Positions 1 through 10,397 of a stretch of DNA of 64,000 nucleotides are shown in pieces. Made by a program: the position numbers and the translations under genes. The notes beneath the pieces are model-generated. The model had not been told where the DNA came from, made no database searches, and saw only the letters and a list, made by a program, of their open reading frames with translations. How positions within the stretch are numbered: position 1 is the stretch's first letter; the number at the start of each line of letters is the position of its first letter. Source of the DNA: Flaccisagitta enflata (lineage: Eukaryota); the NCBI GenBank assembly GCA_965153355.1, contig OZ231126.1, positions 47,802,001-47,866,000 of the forward strand. Reading direction: 5' to 3'.

Positions 1-3000
1 GTATCAGTCTCAACCTCTTTAAGATTTAAGAATAAATCTAAAGGTATTTTAGGCTTTTGACCTAAAAAGACAAATTGTGGTGCATACCCAGTTGTCTGAA
101 GCACACTTATATTATAGAAGAAACAGGCCATTGCTAGGGTTACTTCATCCCATTCACTGCCATTGTCTGCGGCCATTTTGTAAATTACTCCTTTTAAGTT
201 TTTGTTGAATCTTTCACTTAAGTTGGAAGTTGGATGATAGGAAGATATGAAGTGCAGTTTAATTGAATTTATTTTGCAAAATTCTCGTAATGCTGGTGAG
301 TCTAACCCATTATCAGTAACTAAGGACTGGCAAAAGCCAAATCTTAAAATATACATTTTTTTAAAAGCTTCAACTATAGTAGCTCCTCTTAGGTCTGGGA
401 TAGCCTGAGCTAGTCCATATCTAGACCAACACTCAATGCCCGTGAGGACAAAAGAGTAGCCTTCTATTGATTCATTACTTAAACGCCCAATAGTATCAAT
501 AAATACTTTTTCATTTGGCTTGGAGGCTGTAATTTGTAAAGGAGGAACATTTCCTGTCCCACGTTGGTCAAACTGTTGACAGATTTTACATCTACTAACT
601 AGTAATTGAAGCTGATTTAGTAAATCAAATACATAATATTTTTCCATTATATTTCTTGCGGTTTTTTCTGCACTGTAGTGACCCATATTGTCATGATAAT
701 GATGATATAGGTCTGGTATCATATCTGGAGGTAATACTATTACTAGTCTATCATCGATTTTCCTCTTTAAGATCTTATCATCTATTTGAAATTTATTTTT
801 ATATTTTACATAACTTTTCAACTCAGGCTCTATTATTTGATTAAACTTCGGAAATTCTCCTTTCTTCAAATATGAAAAGAACTTTTTTATGATTTCAGAT
901 CCTTTTTGAATGGCTGGTATGTCTGTCTGGTCTGTAATTAAATTAATAGCTACCTCTGATCCCGTCGCAAATGTGCTCATCATTGGAAGCCATGAGCGAC
1001 TTGGGTCGACGTCATCTTGTCCATACTGCGCCAGTGCTTCTGACGCCGATAAATCCGGATGTGCTGCTGCTGCTGCTGCTGGTGATGGTAGTGCCGCTGC
1101 TGCGGCTGATGTCGATGCAGCAGAGTGATTTCCTCCAATCCACGGAGCAACGACTGCAGTCGCCGTTGGTGCCATCAAGGTGGCGTTTTTCATCGTCTTC
1201 ATTTTGGGAGCTCTTTTTGTCCACGTGGTCTTTTTCGCCCGCCACCACTCTTTTCTTTTTTCGTTCGCGGTCATTTTGCCTGAAATTGGAAGAATGGTGG
1301 ATAAGTCAGTATTTTCCCCCTTTTTAAGAGTAGGTTCTTCCGAAACTACATTGCACAGTGGGGAGATTTCTTCTGCTTCTGTAGGCAAAATGCGTTTTCT
1401 AATATTTTCCCATGTTTCAGCTGAATGGCGTGATAAACTGTCAACTGGTTTCATATAATTAGAGCTGCCTTTTTTATATATCACAGTAGTATTTTCTTTG
1501 TCTAAGACTGAATCTAAAAACTCAATGAGCCTATGCTGCCTTAGATACTTGCCACTAAAACCTAATTTTAAAGACGTTAATGCCTGGCAATCAATTCTAA
1601 TTATTACCTTTGTAAACCTAAGATAGTAATAAAATTTGCGAATTGCATAGTACAAACCTAATAACTCTCTCTCTGAGCTTCCTGCCTTCCGTTCTGTCTC
1701 ATTGAAAGCTCTACTTCCAAATGCAATTGGTACTTCTAGCCTTTTTATCTTTTTACTAGGTAATTCTATATCTTTTATTTGTGATAGGGAGTAGCCTACG
1801 CCCTCACCAGAAGAATCACAGGTCACTATCATTTCAGTATCATAAGTTGGGTGAGCTAATTGGGTAGCATTAACTATTTGACCTCTGACCTTATCAAAGG
1901 CCTTTGTATGTTCTTCTGTCCAGTAACTTTCAATTCTTTCGGGAAATTCTTTTTTAAGTAGATTATACAAGCATTTTACTGTTAAGCCGTATCCTTCACA
2001 AAAATTTCTATAGTAATTAGTAAACCCCAAAAATCTCATTATTTCCTTTTTTGTTTTAAGTGGCCTGTGCCAATTTTCTAGTACAGCAGTCTTAGATTTT
2101 TCTATGCTTATAAAGCTCTTGTCGGTATATAAGCCTAAAACCATAGTTCCATGTGTAAAAAGTTCTAGTTTATCTAAACGTATTTTAACATTGTATTTAA
2201 CTAGTTTTGAAAAAACTACCTTAAGTACTTTCCAATGAAAATCTGACCCGCCTTCAAAAGTGAAAACGAACCAGTCATCTACATACACGGCGACAAATTC
2301 TCTCACCTTCTTGCCATCAATGACCTCATCAATGCTTTCTACAATTTTGTTCATGCAAACCTGAAAGCTATTTGCACTACAGTACAAACCTTGCACAGTT
2401 CTCACATAAGCTAGATTACCTACATCGTTTGCCGTCGTGGTATGTAGGTACTTAATGCAATCACGATTGACTGCTACTGAGAAAAAACCTTGATTTATAT
2501 CGAATTTTGATAGGAATTCAAATCCTTGCATTTTATTTCTTAGTGTTTCTATAAATGGTAAGTTAGAAGACTGTGGTTTGCATATGGAATTAATCAATCT
2601 TGCGTCAGAAACAAGACGATATCCTTTTAAAGAAGAATAATCATTTTTACCTGGTTTCTTGACTAAAAAATTGCACATTCTGAATGCGCTTGCTTCCTCA
2701 GCCTTAACAAAAACTCCTGCACGGAGCAAATGCTCCTCCATTCTAGCTAATAGTTTTTGTTCTGGTAGGCTTTTCTTATAATTATTCTGGTAGGCACGTT
2801 TATTTTCATGAACCTCAAATTTTGTATTATGGAATTCGTACGGCACGCTGCCGATGTCGTAGTTATGACGCGAAAAACATGGCCTATATTCTTGAATTTC
2901 TTTTCTAACTCTGTTTTGTAAGTTTTTGTCACACATATTTAAATTTAGATCTTTTGAGTCGAGATTGAAAAATTCATAGTCATGGAACTCGTCTATAGGT

Positions 3001-4073
3001 CTTTCTATCTCATCTAAAATCCTGTAAATCGTTTCTGCTTCACTATCTGTTGGCCTTTCCCACACGTATTCAAACTTAGGTTCCATGCATACATCCTCAT
3101 TTTCAATGAACAATTCGGCTAAATTGAACAGTTTCTCACCTTTTCCGCGCTGTTGGGAGCCGCCTTTGAAATGCTGATTGGTCGCTGAACTTGCTTGCGT
3201 GATTGGCATCACCGCCATCGGCGATGCAGACATCGTCGTCGCGTTATTCGTCATTGGCATCGTCGTCGTCGGCATCGTCGTCATCGTCGTCCCCGTTGCG
3301 ATTGGCCTCGTCGACATTGTTGATGCTATTGCCGGCGCTACCGGCGCTACTGGCGTCATCGGCGCCACCACTGTTGTCGGCGGCGTCGCCGTTACTGTCG
3401 TTGACTTCGCTGTTGTTGCCGCTGTTTCTGCTTCTGTTTCTAATGTGTCGAGAAAGTCTTCTATTTCGCGGAAGAGAGTGCTGTCCGGCGTTGCGATTGG
3501 CGAACCCAAAAGCCTTTCTTCATCCTGTATTTGGGGTTTTGGGGGAAATGATTCTTTAATCAATTTGATATGGTCAGAAGAAGGGGATTTGTTTACAAAT
3601 TGTGTATATTTTATTTCACTTTTCCCTGATGGAGCAGAAATGGTTAATGTTTTTGACTCCATGTCGATTTTTGTTTTTAGTTTCTCCATGAGACTCAAAC
3701 CTATAATAGGATAGTCCCAAGCTAGATCTGCATTTACAACGAAAAAGTCAGTTTTTAGATCTATGTCTCCTATTCTAAGTCCAAACAAACCTATCCCCGC
3801 CCCAGGGATGCTATTTCCAGTTGCACCAACTAGATTTATCTCATTATTTAACGGTTTCAAATCAATTGCAAAATGTTTCTCTTTTTCAGAAATAAGTGAC
3901 CAATTTGAGCCAGTATCTGCTAAAGCAGTTATTATTTTATCCTTAAATCCTGTCTTTCTAAGGGTGATCTTTATAAAGATCCCCTTTTTACCCAATTTAT
4001 TAATATTATCTTGATTATTTCTGTCTTTTACTTCTGCCCAGAGTCTTTGAAGTTCTGGCCTCGATAGTTTAAA
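1..4073 (-). CDS. pol: Pol polyprotein (protease, RT, RNase H, integrase), partial, open to the window edge
   Basis: Manual translation gives ~1357 codons with no stop. PR: LADTGS (Asp 3917-3915). RT: YRLVSDARLIN, SKFDINQGFF, YVDD (2285-2274), FLGFTNYYRNF. RH: TCDSS, ERELL, VDSLSR. IN: HDNMGH..CKIC, FIDTIG, VTDNG, YHPTSNLSER. Confidence 0.96.
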
Positions 4074-5785
4074 GAATTTGGGCATCTAGCCTTGATATGA
4101 CCTAGTTTACCACATCGGTAACATTTAGTGTTTGATAAGTCCACAGCTGAAACCTTTTCTTGGGTTTTCTCTTGTTTTTGCAATTCTCTGTCCTGAATAC
4201 CAGCATTATTTCTCCTGTCTTGCCTATCTGGATTGTACATTCTAACTACAGGCAACTTTCCTTTGTAAGGAGTCAAACGTTGTTCTCTTTTTGAAACATT
4301 ATGTGGTTGTTGGTTTCTAATGTTATTCATAGTAATATCATTTCTAGGTTGAGCTTCTAAGATTAGCGAGTTGGACATCGCTTCCTCCATATTTTTTGGC
4401 ATGGAAAGCCTTAAATTAGCTTTTAAAGGATGTGCTAGTCCATCTAAAAACCTAAACAGGACTAGGTTATCAATTGTATTTGGTGGTAGGCCTACAAAGC
4501 ACTGAGTACTTAATCTTTTTAACTCTAGACCATATTCAAAAGCCTTTTCTCCACTTCGTTGCCTTCTTGCATTGAACAATTGCAAGGCTGTGGTCTGATT
4601 GGTTGAACTTACTGCTTTAATGAACAAATCAATAATCTGATTTAGGGTTAGATTTGTATTTTTTGTTTCATCTTCTGTCATAATTGAATCCAAAGTACTA
4701 TAGTAAGGCTCAATTACACTTGTACTAAGTCTGGCTAGTCCCTTTGCCTTTTTGACTTCTCCTGCGCTAAAAGCGCGTTTTACTATTTTGCCCCATGTCT
4801 CCACTGGGAGAGACGCAGAGCCAGTATACTTAGGAATCTGAATAGCACTGGGTGACTCTACTTTTACGGACACTTCATCTCCTTCTACTTCTATTTCTTG
4901 AGCTGGAGCTGCTTGTTTTGCGGAAGGTTGGGCGTTACTACTATTGCCACTACTGCTGCTACTATTGCCACTATTGTTGCTACTATTAGCAGCAGGGCTT
5001 TCTACAGTAACTGACCTTCTGCTTCTAGATTTAGGAATTTTACTCATCAGATCCTGATTTTCTAACTTTAACCTTGCTATCTCAGCTTTCATTTTTTTTA
5101 TCTCACTACCGCTATTGTTATTAGTCGCGACTCTCACCTCTTCAGTCATGCTTGATGGACTACTTGATGGACTGCTCGATGTTTCTTCCACGGCCAAGAT
5201 TTTGTCATCTGAGAATAGAACAGTTGGTTCAAAGTTAATTTCCTCTTGAATGGGGAATATTTTTTCTTCATATCTTTTATTTTTGTTTCCCACATTCACA
5301 ACCAAATCGAAGTGATCTGCTTTCATTTCTTCAAGTTTTAAGAATGTGATTAACCTATTTATATTGTACATCTCATCGTGACTTATGTCCAAATAGGAAG
5401 CTCCACTCAATATCTCAGAGAATTCACTAGCACCAAGATCTCTGAAGATTATTTTTTCTTCATGGATTCCCTTTTGCAGGTCTAAATAGCCTGGGAAACC
5501 GTCATTTGGTGATTTATACCCTTTTCTGTAGGCCTCAATTGTGTTCATGATTGGTTTGTCTTGTTTTTGAAAGATATTATCTAAGTCGGTTACCTTGGTC
5601 ATTTTTTCGTTAAAATCTAATCTAATTATTTGCATATTATGGTCATCATTGCATTTTCGATGACAACAGCTAACCATTTTGTTTTTTATGATAAAACGTA
5701 TGTCATCTTCTCCACACACTTTAAAATTGAAAGCTGTGACATGTTCTCCTTCGTTACATTTATCGAAACAGTAGCAAGTTTTCAC
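4028..5785 (-). CDS. gag: Gag-containing ORF (585 aa): non-Gag N-terminal ~200 aa, coiled coil, capsid-like core, CCHC zinc knuckle
   Basis: IPKYTG...W and RRQRSGEKAFEY..EL...FLDGL capsid-like motifs; CYRCGKLGHIKARC (4123-4082). The track start is GTG; the frame opens at 5803. Confidence 0.9.
   Translation of the reverse strand: MKTCYCFDKCNEGEHVTAFNFKVCGEDDIRFIIKNKMVSCCHRKCNDDHNMQIIRLDFNEKMTKVTDLDNIFQKQDKPIMNTIEAYRKGYKSPNDGFPGYLDLQKGIHEEKIIFRDLGASEFSEILSGASYLDISHDEMYNINRLITFLKLEEMKADHFDLVVNVGNKNKRYEEKIFPIQEEINFEPTVLFSDDKILAVEETSSSPSSSPSSMTEEVRVATNNNSGSEIKKMKAEIARLKLENQDLMSKIPKSRSRRSVTVESPAANSSNNSGNSSSSSGNSSNAQPSAKQAAPAQEIEVEGDEVSVKVESPSAIQIPKYTGSASLPVETWGKIVKRAFSAGEVKKAKGLARLSTSVIEPYYSTLDSIMTEDETKNTNLTLNQIIDLFIKAVSSTNQTTALQLFNARRQRSGEKAFEYGLELKRLSTQCFVGLPPNTIDNLVLFRFLDGLAHPLKANLRLSMPKNMEEAMSNSLILEAQPRNDITMNNIRNQQPHNVSKREQRLTPYKGKLPVVRMYNPDRQDRRNNAGIQDRELQKQEKTQEKVSAVDLSNTKCYRCGKLGHIKARCPNSLNYRGQNFKDSGQK
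4067..4073 (-). promoter_or_regulatory. -1 ribosomal frameshift heptamer U_UUA_AAC (gag to pol)
   Basis: TTTAAAC in X_XXY_YYZ phase just after the knuckle; the -1 frame reads straight into the protease. Confidence 0.85.
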
Positions 5786-8700
5786 AGTTTTGATATTGTT
5801 TTTTTATTTTATATAAAAGAATGCCATCTCCTGGTCTTATGTATTTTCTTATTTCTTTAATCACTCCGTTTTTGTCAAATGTTAGTCCTAGTTTTATGTC
5901 ATAATGAGAGTTAGAAAATGACAGATACTCATTTTGGTGTGTGTCGGCAATTTCTGCCATTTCTTTAAAACCCAGGGTAAACACATCACCATCTCCAGTA
6001 AAACTCGTCACACTTCTTTTCATCTTACTAAAAGGGTGTTTTTTAGAAACTAAAGGAAAATTCTTCAGCTCTAATATATGCCCCTTTTCAGTTGCCTTGA
6101 ACCCTAACATCATCAAATCAAAACTGTCCTCATACATAGTTGGCAATTTCTCAGCTAATTGAGGTTCCGGTTTTTCATGATAGAATGTTTCCTTCTTCCC
6201 AACGGGACTTTTGTTTTTTCTAGTTCCTTCGATCCTTTTAACACGCCCTCTCTGGTTTCTATACACAACTATGCGATTGTTGTCTCTTATATGGTCGTAA
6301 CGGTAATCACCACTTTTCTTTATACTTTTGGACGTTCTGTCCAAGTATTGTTCTATTGTCTCTTTTGAGTTCAGTGTCTCTATTTTTCCTCTTTCAATTT
6401 CATCACAAATCACACTGATAACTTCATCTTTACCATAGTCCTCCTCTCTTCCCCTCTGATCTTGATCACTGACCCTATCTTTTCCCCTCTGATCTTGATC
6501 ACTGCCCTTATCAAGATCTGCGATATGATTTATTTGACTCAAATAACTTTTATTTTCTATTGGTTTAACACAATCACAGGTTCGAGTGATACATTTTGAA
6601 ATATCAGTGTCTTGAGATTTGATTTCCTCAGGTTTCATTTTTTCAGCTCCTGTCATTGAACGGAAAAAGATTTCTTGATCTAGATCATTGGTTAAATCCG
6701 TGATTTTATGAAATTTTCCCCTAAAAAAGTCGTAATTAGGCGAGAGGTCAGGGGTCATTGACCTTGAGGGAAAGATTTTGAAATCTGCAGGTTCAAGTTT
6801 CAGTTGTTTCATTGGTTGATTAATGAAATATATATTTATATCTCCACCTTTGCTCTTTTCCACGACCAAAAACATTTCATGAACAACATTGCTTTTACCA
6901 TCTATCTGAAATTGCTCATAAAATTGATGAAACTTAACTAGTTTATCATTTACAAAAATGTGTTGTAATAGACCATTACGGAAAAATTTCATAGTGATAT
7001 CCATAGTCTTTAACCAAGTCTTATCGATTTTTATTTGGGTTTTATAGCTGTACTTATTTGTTATAATATCCTTGAAGTCATTCGTTTCATTATTTTCTTC
7101 CCATTTTTTAATCAGGTTTTCTGTCACAACTGGTCTAACTTGACCCTCTTTCTCATAAATCTCAATTTTTACCCCCTTTCCATCATTAGCAGTTTTTGCA
7201 GTGTAACGGAAAGGCTTGTAGATGTCTTCAGTAGCTCGTGTTTTGTATAAATATTCATTTTTATGATTTTTAGATGTAAAAGTGTAATCTGTTATTCCTA
7301 ACCTTTCTTGGCCCTTAATGATAAACACGTCTGAAATGCTATCCTTAACCTTTTGTTTTAAGACCTCCCAGTCGTCTTCTGGGTCCCCGCTTTGTTCTAC
7401 AAAAATATTATCTTTGGTCAAACAAATTAAGTCCTTTTGATCTAGGTTGGTTTCCATTTTAGAATTGAACTTATTGATTAATTTTAGGTCCTCATGAAAC
7501 TTATAATCAAACACGATTTGGGGTCTCATTTTAGGAAGTTTTGCGAATTTCCAATTTAATTGTCCTTTAAATGTGTCTAAAAATAGCTCCGCGCAGTCAT
7601 TTTTTCCAGAGTTCGGTTCTTTTGTTTTTTGTCTTATGATTTTTTCACAGATTGGTTTTTGTTCAAATTCCATATTTTCGTCGTCTCGATATTCGTTCAC
7701 ATCTTTTATTGCCATAACTTCTAGGTCATGGTTTAGAGATTCATTGATTTCCATTTCTTCCCTTTTTTCGTTCTCTTGTTTACCATGATTATGATTATTT
7801 GGACTGACTTCATTTTTATCATTGTTTTTATTTTCAAGCTCCTCATTATCACAATTATCATCATGATTTTTGTCGTAATCAAGTCCATCATCATGATCGG
7901 CTTCATACTCACGCTCGTCACAATGATCACCGCCGTTATCATTTACAGTGTCATTTCCACGATCTTCACTATCATCGCCAGGACTGTCATCACCTTCATT
8001 GCCACATTCATCTTGATCATCATCATAGTTATCACCATCATAGCCGTGACTGTCATCATGATCATCACCATCATCATTGTGATTATCATCATAATCATCA
8101 CCGTCATAGCTGTGACTATCATGATTATCATCACGACCACTATCATCATTTCCATCATCCTGGTCACTGTCATCATCTCCATCATTTTCACTATCATCAC
8201 TTTCACCGGAATAATCATCATCATCCCAATCATCATCCTCTGAGTAGTAAGTATCTGAGTCATAACTCTCATTGACTCCTTCTACTATGTCTTCCTCATT
8301 GATAGTGTGTAGCAATCTGTAGTCTAAACTGGATAACGGGATTTCCTCACTTCTTTCTTGTGCGTTCATGACTACGTATCTGCAATTCAAATTCCATTTA
8401 GCATGTTCTGTGAACGGGTCATCATCTGCCTTCCAACAGCTAAGACGAAGCTTGCAACCTACACACACTACTTTGTCTTCTATATAATTTAAGGAGGAAC
8501 AAAAACAGTTAGGCTCATGGTTAATTAAACTTGGTGGGTAATAGGTTTTCAAAAAACCCATGGATGCTAAAGTTACTGGGTTAGAGAGTTTTCCTGCGGG
8601 CCATTTACTCTTTTGAAAGCTCTTTATCCTTCGGGCCCTGTTGAAGAGTTCTGTTGTTTTATTCCCAAATGTCACAAACTTAGTCCTTCTTTTCTTCCCT

Positions 8701-10125
8701 TCTAAACATGCCCATATCTCAACGGGATGAGTGAAAAAACCTTGACTTACAGTCATTCCATCTTCATATCTTTTTATCGCGTCAACCCATTCTTTCCTAG
8801 GCTTTTCAGGGACATGAGTCAGAAACCTTGATACTAACTCTGCTGCTTCCCCACATGCAAGAGCCTCATCCTCTTTGTCAGGATAATTATCAATTTGATG
8901 TTCACAGAACTTCGTTCCAACATTCTCAACTTCATTCTCATAGATACATGCATTCTCACACAGCATTCCTTCCACGTGATTCGCACAGTATACGTGTTCC
9001 GCACAGTACTTTTCTGACGCAATGATGTCTGCTATCTGGTTTGTTAGTTTGTTTATCTCGTCTTCCTTCTTTACGTAAGGGAGTAAATATTTTGGGAAAT
9101 CATCTTGAAATTCACTTTTTATCTTTTGTAAATGTCTTAATACTTTTGTCATGACTGGCCTCGGGTCGGCTGGAATGGCCATGTCCTCGATAATAGGTAA
9201 TGTTAAACCTGGGATCCCGAGATGCAATCCAGATAAAAAGAAAACCCCATAGTAAGAGCCAAGTTGTTGGCGCCTGATGCGTACTATCTGAGCCGGTTCA
9301 AAGAAACCCTTAGCAGATAGGCTATCTTTTTTCAAACTTGGATTTAGGTACCAAAATTCCCCTAAGTGATCGACATAAGAACCTACGTTTAGAGTAGGCA
9401 AAAATGTTGGCTCTTGACAAACAAAACATCGACATTCCTTTGCATGTATTTTTTCCCCATAGACTACCCTTTTGTCTTCCATGCCTTTTGCTAAACCAGC
9501 CAGCTCGAGGGCTCTTGATATGTTATATTGAGTTAAGGTTTGGTTTCTTTTTTTCTCACTAATTGGGATATTTTCATAAATTTCTTCAAAATTATTGGCA
9601 GAGCCACTAGAGCGATATTCTACTCTGCCCATATTCCAATTATTCCTGTTGCTAAATTCATATAATTCCTGCAACTCTTTACTGTCTAGAAGTAAAGGCA
9701 TTACTAACCGTTTAGGTTTGATTCCATGCTGGATCCTGAAAATTTTTTCTTGCGGGATGTTAGTTGTACTTTCGTTGGTCTTAGTTTGATTTTGATTTTC
9801 ACAATTGTTTTTACTTAAATTTCGTTCGTTGCAGTTGATTTCATTTATTATTGTTTTTAATTTGGAAATAATTTTATGCGTAATTGCGATCAAGTCCTTC
9901 GTTTGTATTTCTTTAACGCCCTTAACGCATTCTGATATGAGATTCACTTCTTTAGCATCATTCGAGGTCAGGTCGTCTCCTTCAGACATCGTTAAAATCT
10001 TAATCTCTAAATTTTGTAAGTCAGTAAAGATCTCGTCTGGATTTGGGTTTTGTGATTCCCAGTGATGCGGAACATTAGAACACGAGTCCTCTGAATGCGT
10101 TGTATACGGCTGTTGTTGTTCATGC

Positions 10126-10218
<93 letters not shown>

Positions 10219-10397
10219 AACAAAACGATTAATCGATTCACATTTTGAAAATTTGGTTCATCGGCGAAAATTGTTGATATTGTTTGTATTGTTGTAGTCA
10301 CTACTTCTTGAGCGTATTGGCTGCAAGATTGCATTTGCAGCTCAGTGGCTTTTGCGTCTGCCACTCTTTGAAGAAGCTCCAGACTTTTCTCTGCCAC
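5760..10397 (-). CDS. Retroelement accessory ORF3 (1545 aa): polyQ, BIR (IAP repeat) domain, Asp-rich tract
   Basis: 4.6-kb ORF with Q31 at 10217-10125, BIR at ~8639-8373 and an acidic D/E/N tract at ~8270-7790. The track start is GTG; the first ATG is at 10334. Confidence 0.9.
8373..8639 (-). other. BIR domain (baculoviral IAP repeat) within ORF3
   Basis: RARRIKSF..KWP...LASMGF...DKVVCVGCKLRLSCWKADDDPFTEHAKWNLNCRYV has exact CX2CX16HX6C zinc ligands plus the R..SF..WP, LA.xGF and W...DDP..EH BIR signatures. Confidence 0.93.

Noticed and set aside
3178-3714. Plus-strand hydrophobic ORFs (178 and 118 aa), also those at 910-1458
   Set aside because: Antisense shadows of the low-complexity inserts in pol.
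7733-8272. Ile/Met-rich ORFs that look like membrane proteins
   Set aside because: Alternative-frame or antisense readings of the (GAT)-rich acidic tract of ORF3.
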